Program-made: the position numbers and the translations under genes
In this document: in pieces, positions 50,095 to 62,361 of the stretch
How the letters are laid out: every line of letters begins with the position of its first letter
Position numbering within the stretch: position 1 is the first letter of the stretch
The notes under the pieces: generated by a model
Told to the model about the DNA's origin: nothing
The model's input: the letters and a program-made list of their open reading frames with translations, nothing else
Database searches by the model: none
Assembly (NCBI GenBank): GCA_963766645.1
Contig: CAVYAY010000003.1
Location: 759,221 to 823,220, forward strand
Source of the DNA: an uncultured Chloroflexia bacterium
Lineage (GTDB): Bacteria > Chloroflexota > Dehalococcoidia > DSTF01 > WHTK01
Length of the DNA: 64,000 bases
Direction: 5' to 3'

Positions 50095-51129
50095 CTACTT
50101 CGTTGCGGCCGCGCACGCCTCCACCGCCGCCCGAGCCGACTCCATTCCCGGCCGGGCGCCCACAACGCGCACGATCGCGATATCCAGGCCCTGCGCCACC
50201 TGCTTGAGGGCCTCGGCAGCGCCGGCAGCATTGCCGTAATACCCCACCTTGCGCATCATCGCCTCCGGGAACGCGTCGATGATCTCGTCCGCGGGAGCCT
50301 TTGCTCGTCGCATGTCGTCGATGCGCCGCAGATCGTCCGTAAAGCCCATGCGCTCGAAGTGGGCGCGGTAGCTGCGCGGAGGTACGTCCAGCTGGCCCAA
50401 TGCGTAGAACTGCATCGCCCGTGCATAAGCCCGGCGTGCCGCCCTCTCGTCCTCGTCGACGCAGACCCGGATGTACATCGCCAGCTTGACCTCGGATGGG
50501 TCGCGGCCGGCGCGCTCGGCGCCTTCTTTGACACGCGATCGCGCCAGAGCGATCGTCTCCGGGTCGCACCAGTTGAGGCTGACGCCGTCGGCCACCTCGC
50601 CCGCCAGCATCGTCATGTTGGGCCCCAACGCTGCCAGGTAGACCGGCGTTTGCGGCGGTGGGTCGATCGTCAGCTTCGCCCCGTGCAGCTCCACCGAGGT
50701 GCCTTCGTAGTCCACCGTCTCGCCGCGCACCAGGGCCCGAATCGTCGTCACGTAGTCGCGCATCAGGCCAATCGTCGACGTGCCGCGCATATTCCACGTC
50801 CGGCGGTACTTCGGCACGTCCGCCTGCCCGCTGCCGACACCGAGAATGAAACGACCCTCCGTCATCCGGCTCAACGTCCCGGCGCTCATCGCGAAGCCCA
50901 TCGGCGTGCGCAGCGGTACCGGCGACACACCGATCCCTGTCGTAACGCCGCCGGGGATCACGTCCCGCGTCGCTGCCCAGCGCATGGCGCAGAGCTGAAA
51001 CGAGTCCTCGCCGCTCCCCTCCGGCGTCCACACCTGCGTGTAACCCAGCTTCGCCGCTTCCGCCGAAAGCTCTGCCTGCTCCGCGTAGCTCAGCTGCAGC
51101 GTGCCATCGAGTCCAACTCCGAATTCCAC
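50095..51129 (-). CDS. LLM-class (luciferase-like) F420-dependent oxidoreductase
   Basis: TIM-barrel LLM family pattern (..GFTQVWTPEG.., ..ILGVGSGQ..), 344 aa. Confidence 0.75.
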   Translation of the reverse strand: MEFGVGLDGTLQLSYAEQAELSAEAAKLGYTQVWTPEGSGEDSFQLCAMRWAATRDVIPGGVTTGIGVSPVPLRTPMGFAMSAGTLSRMTEGRFILGVGSGQADVPKYRRTWNMRGTSTIGLMRDYVTTIRALVRGETVDYEGTSVELHGAKLTIDPPPQTPVYLAALGPNMTMLAGEVADGVSLNWCDPETIALARSRVKEGAERAGRDPSEVKLAMYIRVCVDEDERAARRAYARAMQFYALGQLDVPPRSYRAHFERMGFTDDLRRIDDMRRAKAPADEIIDAFPEAMMRKVGYYGNAAGAAEALKQVAQGLDIAIVRVVGARPGMESARAAVEACAAATK

Positions 51130-51171
51130 GTCAATCTCCTCTAGCGGGCCCGGCCCGTATCCAGCGCTATC

Positions 51172-52029
51172 TTAGAGCGAAGCCAGCCAGCCCGCCGCGA
51201 AGAGCACCCCGACCAGCGCCACCAGTCGGAACCCCCAAACTTCGTCGTCCCGCTCCTCCGCAACGAGGTAGCGATGGGCCGTGATCAGACAGAGGACGAT
51301 GTACGTCATCACCACCCAGACGATGAGATAAGACTCCGTCCCGGCGACCACGGTTCCGTAGTTGACGCTGCCCAGCGTCACAACGAGCATGACCAACGGC
51401 GCCACCAGGCACGCACCTAGCAACAACAACGACCCCGTATGCCCTAGTGCCACTACGAGGCCCCTTCGTCCTGCGTCTCGGTCGACCGCGAGGTCCGGCA
51501 ATGTGTTCGCGACGTGCGCCGCGAGCGCCAGCGGCAATGCCAGCGCGTAAAGCCAGAGAAAGGCGTCACGATACACGTCCAGGGCCGTCCAGACGAACAG
51601 CGGAAGGATCGCCAGCGCCGCGACGAACGGCGCCGCGCTCAACCGCGAGTCCTTGAGACCCAGGTTGTACGCCAGTCCGCACGTCGTCCCCGCGATGAGG
51701 AGAAGCAGCGGCGTCACTCCCAGCGCCACGCCACAGGCTGTCGATACCGCAACGGCTGCCACGACGGCGTAAGGCAACAACCTCGCGTTCACGAGACCGG
51801 ACGGCAGCGGCTTCCACGGCTGGTGCTGCGCGTCGCTTTCGCGGTCGAGATAGTCGTTGCTCCAGCCGATGGCCAGCTGCGACCCGAACATGGCGACCAG
51901 AAGCAGGGCCAACCGTTCTCCATCGGGTTGCCATTCAGCCGAAGTCAAGGCGACGAGCGCCGTCAGCCCCATTACGGCTGTCAATGGGAAGGGGTGGGCG
52001 GCCGCCGCCAGACCCTTCAGCCAAGTCAT
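51172..52029 (-). CDS. UbiA-family prenyltransferase (integral membrane)
   Basis: NDYLDRESD Asp-rich motif, second motif ..DLAVDRDAG.., about 8 TM helices. Confidence 0.85.
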   Translation of the reverse strand: MTWLKGLAAAAHPFPLTAVMGLTALVALTSAEWQPDGERLALLLVAMFGSQLAIGWSNDYLDRESDAQHQPWKPLPSGLVNARLLPYAVVAAVAVSTACGVALGVTPLLLLIAGTTCGLAYNLGLKDSRLSAAPFVAALAILPLFVWTALDVYRDAFLWLYALALPLALAAHVANTLPDLAVDRDAGRRGLVVALGHTGSLLLLGACLVAPLVMLVVTLGSVNYGTVVAGTESYLIVWVVMTYIVLCLITAHRYLVAEERDDEVWGFRLVALVGVLFAAGWLASL

Positions 52030-52033
52030 TCGC

Positions 52034-52739
52034 TTATCCCGGGTCGGACGGATAGACGTCCTGCGGTTCGCTTACCTCAGGCCAGTAGTACTTGTCCTCC
52101 CTTGGCCGCAGGCGTGGCGCCAGCAGTGCTCGGTGCAGGAAGAGCAGCGCCAGCAACGCCGCTCCCGTTGCCAGCTGAATTACGCAGCCCCAGCCACGCC
52201 CGTCGCGCAGTATCAGCACAATCTCCTTGTCGACAGCGCTGTCGAACATCGAATCGAAGATCCTGGCGCTCAGCCATGCCAGGAACGACACCACAACGGC
52301 AATCCCGGCCCCCGCTGCCAGCGGCCCCAGCGGTGATCGCCTGCCCACGGCGAAGCTACCCGCGAATACGGCCGTCAACAAGCCCCGATACGATCAGTGC
52401 CAGGCGCCACGTGCCATGCGTATCGGCGCTGAGCATCGAAACCGCCCAACGCACTGGGTCCGTCACGCTGAGATGCGTACCACCCTCATCGTCCTGCAGG
52501 ACGCCGCGCCCTTCGGCGTAGAGGCGCCGGCCCATCGCATCGCGCAGCAGGTCGCTCAACGCCCGGTCATTCTCACCGGCCGCTAGCACCGCGTCTGACG
52601 GCAACAGCACAGCGACCGGCAGATCGTCGACCAGCACGCTTTCGTCCGGACGGTCGCGCGCCAACAGCTGGATATCGTCACGGTGCGCCGGCGCCCAGCG
52701 GTCCAGCTCGACCAGTGAAGACGCCAGCCGACCCAGCAA
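52034..52739 (-). CDS. Hypothetical protein (soluble N-domain + C-terminal TM segments), frameshift near 52370
   Basis: Two ORFs (52356..52739 and 52034..52381) overlap in adjacent frames; no recognisable domain. Confidence 0.3.
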
Positions 52740-52755
52740 ACGTGGCGCCGCCGTC

Positions 52756-53460
52756 TCACCCGTGACCTGGTAAGCCGGAGAAGGAGAACAGCAGCAGCGC
52801 CATCATCACGGCGACGAGCAGGCCTGTTAGCGGGTTGTTCACTGCAGGCGCTGCATGCGGCATCCCCGCGAGGCGGTCGTGGATGGTGCGTCGCTCCGCA
52901 TCGCTGAGCATGTAAACGAGTCCGACCAGCGGCGCTACCAGACTAAGCAGCCCCATGGCATACGCCCAGCGACGAACAGCACGTCGCTCTCCGCCAGCGA
53001 GATTCCTACGTAGGCGACCAGGAGCCAGATACCGCAGAACAGCGGGTGGAACAGCAGCGGATGCAGCGCCAGCCAGTACAGCAGCAGCCGTCGAGCCTCC
53101 GGAGCAGACGCCGTCTTCGTTCCGCACGCGAAGGCCCGTGACATATTGACCCACGGTCTGCCCCCGCTTCAGGTGCATGAGCACGCCGGTGACCAGCCAT
53201 GCCAGCACCGTGGCAGCCGATATCGCGGTAAACGCCCAGGCTTCGGCGTCCGTGATATCGTTGCGACCCTGGTCGCTATCCAGGAACAGCACCAGCGCTG
53301 CCGCGACCGCAAAGACCATCGAGAAGCAAAAAAGAACGACGCTATCGATGAGGTAGGCAAGAACCCTTGCGCTTGCCCCGGCGTGTGTTTGCTCGCTGGC
53401 GCCAGCGGTCGTCGCGTCATTTCTCATAGCGACTCCCGGCGCCGCCGCCCTCTCCGCCAT
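52756..53460 (-). CDS. RDD-family membrane protein
   Basis: ..RVLAYLIDSVVLFCF.. with conserved R-D-D spacing and 3-4 TM helices. Confidence 0.65.
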   Translation of the reverse strand: MAERAAAPGVAMRNDATTAGASEQTHAGASARVLAYLIDSVVLFCFSMVFAVAAALVLFLDSDQGRNDITDAEAWAFTAISAATVLAWLVTGVLMHLKRGQTVGQYVTGLRVRNEDGVCSGGSTAAAVLAGAASAAVPPAVLRYLAPGRLRRNLAGGERRAVRRWAYAMGLLSLVAPLVGLVYMLSDAERRTIHDRLAGMPHAAPAVNNPLTGLLVAVMMALLLFSFSGLPGHG

Positions 53461-53495
53461 CGTCCGCGATTATAGCATCGGGTCCGCCTAGCGCC

Positions 53496-54830
53496 TTGCG
53501 AGCGCTGAGGCGTGGGCCGTACGGTTGCAGTATGAACTTGAGCGCCATCCATCGACCCATGCTGCTCTCGCGGCGGGCCTGGGCAGGCGTTCTTGTCGTA
53601 CTCCTCGTGGCCGCGGCGCTCATCGGTAGCTTCCGCCTCAATCGCGAGCTTAGCCTCAAGCCCGGCCCCAATGAATACAACCTCGGCGCCTGGGAGATCA
53701 GGAACGTCCCGCAGAAGTGGCTCTTCCTGCCTGGGCGAGTTCTTTCGCGGCGAACCGCCGCTCGAAAGCCAGGAGGCTCACCTGCGGCGCTTCTTCCAGC
53801 TCACGCGCGAGATCGCCGCTGCAGAGTCGCAGATCAGCGACACCGAACAGCGGGGCGAAGCGGTACCCGCCGAGTCGTTGGCGCTCCTGCAATCGCAGGT
53901 GCGAGGAGCGCAACCGCATCGAGAACCAGGTCGAGGCCACGCTGGAGGCGCGCATCACGAACGCCGCAAGCGATCTCGGCCTCACACGCTCTTTCCTCAA
54001 CATCGTCTGGCCGCCGGTCGACTTCGAGTTCACCGACGCGCCGCGTACGCTCGTCACTTCGCCTCGCGACCGTATAGAGCTGCGCAGCGCGGATCTGCTG
54101 CGCGCCGACCTCTCGCTTCCGGAACTGGAGGCGATTGAGAATGAGACGGAGGCACTCAGGGACGTTTCGGCACTGGCATTTCCGATCGGGGGCGTCGGCG
54201 CCTATCCAGCGATCATCGACTACCCCTCCGATTACCGCCGCGCCTTGATCATCGCTGCCCACGAATGGACGCACCACTATCTCTTCTTCCGCCCTCTGGG
54301 CCTTCACTACTACTCCAGCAACGACCTGCGCACGATCAATGAGACCGTCGCCAACCTCGTCGGTAACGAGATGGCAAATCGCTGTCCTGCAGCGATGGCC
54401 TCTGACTGAAGCCCTTGACGCAGCCCAACCGCCGCCAACCAGAAACAACCCTGCGATCAGACATCGGCGCCGAGCTGCGCAGCTCTCCGCGTAGACGTCG
54501 ACACGCTGCTTGCCGCCGGCGAAATCGACGCCGCGGAGAGCGCTAATGGAGGCGAAACGCCAGGAGTTGGCCGACGCTGGCTACAACATCCGCAAGCTAA
54601 ACCAGGCTTACTTCGCCTTCACCAACCTCTACGCCGGTGAATCTGGCAAGCCCAGCAGCCGTAAACCCCATCGGCCCCAAGGTCGATCAGCTGCGGCGCC
54701 AGAGCGCATCCCTCAGCGAGTTCGTCGAAAGAATCGGCAGCGTGACCAGCGTGGCGGACCTCGATCGCCTGCTCACTGGAGACCGACCGCGCCTAGTTCA
54801 GGACGCTAGTTGTCTAGAGGTTTGCCGATA
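53496..54830 (+). CDS. Membrane-anchored putative zinc metallopeptidase with a HExxH..E (gluzincin-like) motif, multiple frameshifts
   Basis: N-terminal TM (..AGVLVVLLVAAALIGSF..); ..IIAAHEWTHHYLFF..(25 aa)..NETVANLVGNEMA.. in ORF 53717..54409; continuation pieces to about 54830. Confidence 0.35.
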
Positions 54831-57602
54831 ACCTGCACTGTCACTTTGGCCTGAAGCTCGCCCAACTTCTCGTCCAGCACCGTGAGCCGAAGCGTGTACT
54901 TGCCATCTGGTAGGCCTTGACGTATTCCAGGCGCCGATCGTGCCGGTCTGCACGTCGTTCGGGATTGGTGACGATGGTGATCCAACTATCGGGGTTCTCG
55001 CCGATGCCCCATTCGAGAGGTAGCCCTGGAAGTCAGGCGACGTCGCGCGGCCCAGGATCTGCACCACGCCGGAGACCTGCTGATTCTTCCGCGGCAGGAG
55101 AATCGCAGCGTTTTGGTTATCCGCGTCGCCACTGTCTACCCGGCGCCAACGCCATCACCTACGAGCACGATGTTCAGCGCTTGGCCCATTCCTCCGCCGC
55201 CTTCTTGTCTTCGTCGTGCTTGAGCCATTCTTCCGGCGGCACGAGCGCGACTTGTGTGCGGCGATACTGCGACGGCGTGCTCGAGGTTGCGACCAGGCCT
55301 GTCCGCGTATCGATTGTCACGCGGCGCCACCAGTCGTCTTCCTTGTCCGGTAGCTTTTCCTTGACGAATAGGTCCTTAGTCGTTCGGCCGCAGAGGGCGG
55401 AGGGCAGCAGACCGGACGGCACGCAGACCTCCGCCTCCACGACGCCTTCCGGGCGCTCCATCTGGCGTCACCGATAGGTCCTTATGGGCTGCGATGAACC
55501 CGTCCTTCGCGGCGCTGTAGAGAGATCGACGTGCTGTAGAGGTGCTGAACGCAGTCGTTATCGGCGTTGCCGGCCCAGATGCCCACGACAACGTCCGGCG
55601 AGTAGGCAAAACCCCAGGTCTCACCGATGAGGCCGGCGCAGCTGTCGCCCTCGTTGAACGGCTCGCTGGTGCCCGTCTTCACGCCGGCCTGGTAGTCGTA
55701 AATCGTGATCCCACCGCAGCCGAACACCAGACACTCGGACGTTCGGGTCGACGAGGATGTCCCAGATCAGATAGGTGTACTCCGGCTCGATGACCTGCTG
55801 TTCCTTGCGGTGGTCGTTGACGTCGTAGAGCACCTCGCCCTGTTCGTTCTCGATTTTCAGGATCGAGATCGGGTCGATCTGCCGCTCGTCCGCCGGCGTG
55901 CGGGATGATCGGCTCGGCGCCGCGCATGATGCCGCCGTTGGCCATGACGCTGTAGCCGATCATCATCTCTTCCAGCGTTACGCCGATACCGCCAGTCGCG
56001 ATCGCCGGGCCGTAGCCGCCGGTGCCGCATCCGTCCCGTCCCCTCCCAGTAGGGTTCGAACGTCTGCGCGAACCCGAAGCGCTTCGCCATGTCTTCGATC
56101 TTGTCGGCACCAACCGCGGCCGCCGCCTTGTTAGCCGGGATGTTCATCGAGTTGCCTAGCGCATTCCGGATCGTCATCGGCGCGTTGGTGCTGGGAATCG
56201 GATCCTTCGGCACGAATGGCTTGCCGCCCGCCGGGTCCGGATATTCCACCGGCGTATCCAGCAGGATGGTGCCGGGCCCCCAGCCCAGGTCTCGAACGTC
56301 GTGATGTAGGCAAAGGGCTTGAAGGACGACCCCGGCGAGTTGCAGGCCGTGGCGTTGTTGTTCTTGCCCTCGATCTCCTCGTTCCAGTAGTCACGGCTGC
56401 CTAGCATGACGAGAATCTCGCCCGTCTTGGGGTCGATGTCCATCATCGCGCCGTTGTGGCTGTTTGAAGATCTCTCGTAGGTCTGGTCGGACCCACCGGC
56501 TTGGCCGTGATCGCGTCTTCCATGATCTGCTGGAACTCGTCCTGCATGTCGATGTCTAGCGACGTCGTGACGGTCAAGCCCGCCGCGAACCAGGTGTCCC
56601 TGCTGCCAAGGATCTGCTCTAGTTCGGCTGCACGTACTGCAGCACGAAGTGCGGCGCCCGGATCGGGAAGCGCTTCTCGGAGATGTTGATGTCCTCCGCC
56701 TTCGCCGCAGCAACCTCCGCCGCCGTCGGCGTGTAGTACGTGTCCTCGCCGATCTGGATGCGGCCTCTGGCGCACCATGAGGTCGAGAATCTCGTTACGC
56801 CGGGCCTTAGCCGACTCCGGGTGGTTAACCGGGTCGTACTCGGCCGGCGACTGGGGAATGCCCGCCAGCATCGCGGCTTCGGCCAGCGTCAGGTCCTTCG
56901 CCGCCTTGCCGAAGTAACCCTGAGCTGCCGCCTCGACGCCGTTGTAGACGCCGCCGTAGCTGATCTGGTTGACGTACCACTCCAGCACCTGCTCCTTGTC
57001 GTAGCGGTTCGTTAGCTCGATGGCGTAAATCGTCTCCTTGAGCTTGCGGTTGATGACCTTCGGAGCTGAAGCGCTCGCTGCGCTCCTCCGGTGGGATGTA
57101 GACGTTCTTCACCAGCTGCTGCGTGATCGAGCTACCGCCGGAGCCCTCGAAGACGCTGCCGCCGAGCGGCGAGTTTTCCCAGGCTGCGCGGAGCAGACCC
57201 TTGATGTTGACGCCCGGGTTGGTGAAGAAGCTGTTGTCCTCGGTCGAGATCGTCGCGGCCAGGAACGCCGGCGAGACGTTCTCCGATTGGACCGGCCGCC
57301 TCAGGCCGGAGCGGTCATCGACGTACTCGTAGAGCAGATTGCCGTTGCGGTCCAGGATCTTCGCGCCGGATGATGCTTCGTTGATCGCCAGTTCGTCCGG
57401 CGCCACGAGGTCGTCGGCGTAGCTGTTGTAGACGATGATGCCGGCGATCGCGACGCCGATGGACGCCACTGACGCCAACAAGGCCCAGCGCCAGCGCCAG
57501 CTTGAGCCAGATCGAGAAGCCTTTGCCACCGCCGCCTTTGCGGCGGCTGCGCCGGCGCGTGCGTCTCATCCAGGGGTCGTAGTTGCTCTTTCGGCTCGCC
57601 AT
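54806..57602 (-). CDS. Class A penicillin-binding protein (bifunctional transglycosylase/transpeptidase, PBP1A-like), heavily frameshifted
   Basis: N-terminal TM, GT51 motifs (..EDNSFFTNPGVN.., ..GGSSITQQLVKN..), transpeptidase KTGT motif, C-terminal extension ending ..VTVQVIGKPLDN*; the fragments lie in all three minus frames. Confidence 0.8.
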
Positions 57603-57605
57603 GTC

Positions 57606-58386
57606 TTATTGGTCTACGTGCGCTCCAGCACCAGCAGATGCGACAGGCCAAGCCGCTGCAGCCAGGTGTGCTCCAGCGTGTACGTCACGCTGCGCAGCAC
57701 CCGGCCCAGCTTCGGCCGGCGCGCCAGGACGTTGTCGAAGCCGGGGAAGATGACACGCCAGTCCGCCCAGCGCCCGTCCAGCCCCTGCGTAATCTTCTCC
57801 AGTCGTGCCCTTCGTGTAGGCGCGCGCGTGCGGCACCAGGCGATTGCGTATCGGGTCCGGCAGGTAGTTCACCAGCGGGATGTTGCCGAAGACGTAGCGC
57901 TTGCCCAGGTACACGCCGTGCGTCTCGAAGGGATAGAAGCGGTTCGGCGCGAAGATGATCACCTTGCCGCCGGGCTTGGTTACGCGGAGCGCCTCGCGCA
58001 GCGTGTCGCGGTCGTTGCCCACGTGCTCGATGACCTCGTTGAGCAGGACGCCGTCGAAGACTCGCGTCGGCGTAGGGCAGATGCTCGCTCAGCGCGATGC
58101 CGAGCCGCGCGACGCCGTTCTCGGCGCCCTCGACGACCCGCGGCGCGTCGATGTCGATGCCATAGGCCTGGTCTGTGAACTCGCTGATGCGCCGCACGTA
58201 AGCGCCGAGGCCGCACCCGATGTCGAGGACGCGCGCGCCTTCCAGGTTCAGGTAGCGCCGAACCATATCCAGGCGCCGTTCCTGGCCAAAACGCCAGACG
58301 TAGCTTGGGTTTCCGAGGACTACCTGGTCGAGGCTGCTGGCGTGATCCGGCGTCTGGCCTTCGGCCGTCGCCGACGTGTTGGTCAA
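57606..58386 (-). CDS. Class I SAM-dependent methyltransferase, frameshifted
   Basis: ..RVLDIGCGLGAYV.. motif I; ..LKPGGKVIIFAPN.. in a second frame. Confidence 0.6.
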
Positions 58387-58489
58387 TCCGTTCTCCTAAC
58401 CCCGCCAGCAATCATCCTAGCATGCCCGCGAGCACCCGATTTGTTAAGGCGGCGCCCGCTTCCAGATTGCCCGATTGGCAGAATGCCCG

Positions 58490-58799
58490 ATACACTCGCC
58501 TCAAGATGCCACTCTCCCGAGACGAAGTTCTGCACGTCGCGCGCCTGGCCCGTATTGGTCTGACGGACGCCGACGTCGAAAAGTTCCAGCGACAGCTCTC
58601 CACCATCCTCGATAACTTCGAGGCGCTGCGCCAGATCGACACCACCGAGCGTCGAGCCAACGACTCATACGCTGCCGCTCGAGAGCGTCATGGCCGCGGA
58701 CGAGCCGACTCGACTCGCTTACCGCCGATGAGGTGCTCGCCAACGCGCCGCTGCATCACGACGGCTACCTGCGCGTCCGCGCCGTTCTGGACGAGTAGG
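58490..58799 (+). CDS. gatC: Asp-tRNA(Asn)/Glu-tRNA(Gln) amidotransferase subunit C, frameshift in the 3' half
   Basis: [47 protein letters not shown]..; C-terminal ..[16 protein letters not shown] in another frame. Confidence 0.7.
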
Positions 58800-58803
58800 C
58801 GCC

Positions 58804-60283
58804 TTGCCTGAGCTCTACGACCTCACAATCACCGAGGCGCACGACCTTCTGGCGAAGCGTGAAGTCAGCTCCCGCGAGCTGACCCGCGCCGTGCTCGACC
58901 GCATCGCCGCTGTGGACGATCGGGTGCGCGCCTACGTCACCGTCACCGAGGACGTCGCGCTGCGAGCAAGCCGACGCCGCCGACAGCCGCATCGGCCGCC
59001 GGCGAATGCCGAGCCCGCTGACCGGCATCCCGGTCTGCATCAAAGACGTGCTCTGCACCCGCGGCGTCCGCACCACCTGCTCCTCGCGCATGCTGGAGAA
59101 CTTCGTCCCGCCCTACGACGCCCACGTCGTCGAACGGCTGCAGGCGCAGGGCTCCGTCATGGTCGGCAAGTCCAACATGGACGAGTTCGCCATGGGCTCC
59201 TCCAACGAAAACTCCGCCTTCTTCCCGACCCACAACCCCTGGGACCTGGACCGCGTGCCCGGCGGCTCCTCCGGCGGCTCCGCTTCGGCCGTCGCCGCCG
59301 GCGAGTGCACCTACGCCCTCGGCTCCGACACCGGCGGCAGCATCCGCCAGCCCGCGGCGCTCAGCGGCGTCGTCGGCGTCAAGCCTACCTACGGGCGCGT
59401 CAGCCGCTACGGCCTCGTCGCCTTCGCCAGCTCGCTCGACCAGATCGGCCCGCTGACCCGCAGCGTCGAGGACGCCGCGCTCGTCCTCAACGCCATCGCC
59501 GGCCACGACACCCGTGACTCCACCTCGGCGCCGCTCGACGTGCCCGACTTCACCGCCAACCTCGACGGCGACCTGCAGCGGCGTCCGCCTCGGCGTCCCG
59601 CAGGAGTACGTCACCGACGACCTCGACCCCGGCGTGCGTGACGCCTTCATGGCGTCGGTCGAAGTGCTCAGGGGCCTCGGCGCCGACGGTCGACTTCGAC
59701 CTCTCGCTGCCGAGCACGCCCGCCGCGCTCGCCGTCTACTACGTCATCGCCCCGTCCGAGGCCTCCGCCAACCTGGCGCGCTACGACGGCGTCAAATACG
59801 GCTACTCGTTTCAGGACGGCGCCAGCATGTGGGAGAACATGGAAACGACGCGCGGCGACGGCTTCGGCGACGAGGTCAAGCGCCGCATCATGCTCGGCAC
59901 CTACGCGCTCTCCGCCGGCTACTACGACGCCTACTACCTCAAGGCGCAGCAGGTTCGCACCCTGATTCGCCGCGAGTTCGACGCCGCCTTCGAGCGCTAC
60001 GACGCCATCGTCGCGCCGGTCACGCCGACGCCCGCCTTCAAGATCGGCGAGAAGGTCGACGACCCGCATGGCGATGTACCTCAACGACGTCTTCACGCTA
60101 CCGGTCAACATCGCCGGACTCCCCGGCGCCTCCGTGCCCGGTGGCTTCGTCGAGACCGACGGTAAGCAGCTGCCCGTCGGCCTGCAGGTCATAGCCAGGC
60201 CCTTCGACGAGGCGTCGATGCTCCGAGTCGCTCACGCCTACGAGCAGGCCACCGACTGGCACACCCAGCGGCCTCAGCTCTAG
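58804..60283 (+). CDS. gatA: Glu-tRNA(Gln) amidotransferase subunit A, 2-3 frameshifts
   Basis: [27 protein letters not shown].., amidase signature ..[36 protein letters not shown].., C-terminal ..[14 protein letters not shown].. Confidence 0.85.
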
Positions 60284-60352
60284 GAAGCTTAACTCGCGGA
60301 CGAATATTTCTCTGTTCCTAAGCTCGATTGCTGCCCTATACTTCACCAATGC

Positions 60353-61547
60353 TTGCCGGCCATAGGTCCGCGAGGCGTGGAGCCGTATCCTCCAAGCTGG
60401 ATCTCATCTCAGCCTCTGGCATCACGACGGTTCTTCGAACTCATCGCTACCACAGATGGGGTCATCTCGCTCGGCGTCGGCGAGCCAGACTTCACCACGC
60501 CAAACCACATCAGCCAGGCTGCAATCCGCTCCGTCGAGGCAGGGCACACTGCCTATACTTCCAACTCCGGCCTCCCGGAGCTGCGCGAGCTGATCGCCGC
60601 CGCACCTCGAGCGACTCTACGGCGTCTCCTACGACCCCCACACGGAGATCATCGCCACGACAGGTGTCAGTGAGGGTCTCAACCTCGCGATGCAGGCCAT
60701 TCTGGACGACGGCGACGAGGTGCTATCGAGCGATCCTGCCTACGTCGCCTACCCGCCTAACGTCGTCTTCGCCGGCGGCAAGTTCGTCACCGTACCGACC
60801 ACCGCCGCCGAGGGATTCCAGCTGCAGGGCGACCAACTCGAGAAGTACATCACGCCGGCTTCTAAGGCGGTGCTGCTCGGCTACCCGGCAAACCCGACCG
60901 GCGCCGTCATGGACCGCTCAACCCTCGAAGGCGTGGCCGAGGTCGTAGAGCGCAACGACCTCTTCGTCATCTCGGACGAAATCTACGACCGCCTCACCTA
61001 CGGCGTCGACCACGTCTGCGTCGCATCTCTGCCTGGCATGAAAGAGCGCACCATCCTGCTTGGCGGCTTCTCGAAGTCCTACGCCATGACGGGCTGGCGC
61101 TTGGGCTGGGTCTGCGCCCCGGCCCACATTACCGACGCGATGATGCGCGTGCACCAGTACGTCATGATGTCCGCCCCCACTGCCGCGCAGTACGCCGCCA
61201 TCGAGGCGCTGCAGCACGGCGAAGAAGACGTGCAGGGCATGCTGGGCGAGTACGCCCGTCGCCGCGCGCTGGTGATCAAAGCCTGTTGGGACATGGGCCT
61301 CGACCTCGTCGAGCCCCGCGGCGCCTTCTACGCCTTCCCTTCGATTCGCAGCACCGGACTCGAAGACGAGGAGTTCGCCGGGCGCCTGCTGCTGGAAGAG
61401 AAAGTCGCCGTCATCCCTGGCAGCGCTTTCGGCCCGGGCGGCAACGGACACATCCGCATCTGCTACGCCCAGGAGTACTCACAGCTCGAAGAAGCCCTCG
61501 TGCGCATGGGCCGATTCGTACAGCGCTACCGTACCGTTACAAAATAG
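60353..61547 (+). CDS. Class I/II pyridoxal-phosphate-dependent aminotransferase (aspartate aminotransferase family), frameshift near the 5' end
   Basis: ..VISLGVGEPDFTTPNHI.., ..SFSKSYAMTGWRLGW.. (PLP-Lys region). Confidence 0.75.
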
Positions 61548-61620
61548 GATTCCTGCCCCTAGTTCAGGTTCTACGAGGCCCTTTAGGGGAGCTTGGGGTG
61601 TCCCCTGCTTTCAACTCTAA

Positions 61621-62361
61621 CTATGGAGTTCCGGTCGCCTCCGGCGTTCCGCCGGCTGCCGGCGCTGACGTTGGCGTCGGCTCCGGGTCCGTTGTCGAGT
61701 CCGGGTAGCGCAGGTATTCCGCCGCCACCCAGCCGTCCCGGCCCTCAACGCGCCACCATACGCGGTTGTTAGCCTCCTCCGGCCCCGCCGATAGCGCGAT
61801 GGCGCTGCCTTCCGTGATGCAGTCGACAGCATCGCCCGCCGGCTCCGTCCGTACGTTCAGGCACGACCCGGTCCCGATCACCACCACTTCGGCGCCAACC
61901 TTGAGCGGCCACGGGATGCCCGGAACGGCCGCGCTCTCGGGCGTGATAGGCGTCGATTCCACGACGCGCCAGGCGCCGCCCTGCATCTCGACGAAGACCC
62001 ATTCGGTCCCCTCGGCGAAGGCCTGGCCCAGTACGAAGGCATGCACTCCCTGCCGTTCTCCGCGGTAGACGGAGCAGACCTTGCCGACGTCGGCCGTCGC
62101 GTCGGCGTCGGCGCAGCCACCCGCGTACTCGGCCCCTTGCGTGCCCTGCACGTACTGCACGACGGCCGATTCTTGCTGCGAACCAGTTGGAACCGTCGGC
62201 GTGACTGCGGGCGTCGCCGTCGCGACGGGCGGACCGTCTCCAGAGTCGCCGCCCGTACATACGACGGCGACCAGGGCGATGATCACGACCAGAACGGCCA
62301 TGCCTGCGATTGGCAGTAGGAGATTGCCGCCAAGTCCTCGGCGGCCTTCAGGTTCCATCAT
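61621..62361 (-). CDS. Membrane-anchored bacterial SH3 (SH3b) domain protein
   Basis: N-terminal TM, Pro/Thr-rich linker, C-terminal ..CLNVRTEPAGDAVDCITEGSAIAL..RVWWRVEGRDGWVAAEYL.. SH3b pattern. Confidence 0.55.
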   Translation of the reverse strand: MMEPEGRRGLGGNLLLPIAGMAVLVVIIALVAVVCTGGDSGDGPPVATATPAVTPTVPTGSQQESAVVQYVQGTQGAEYAGGCADADATADVGKVCSVYRGERQGVHAFVLGQAFAEGTEWVFVEMQGGAWRVVESTPITPESAAVPGIPWPLKVGAEVVVIGTGSCLNVRTEPAGDAVDCITEGSAIALSAGPEEANNRVWWRVEGRDGWVAAEYLRYPDSTTDPEPTPTSAPAAGGTPEATGTP

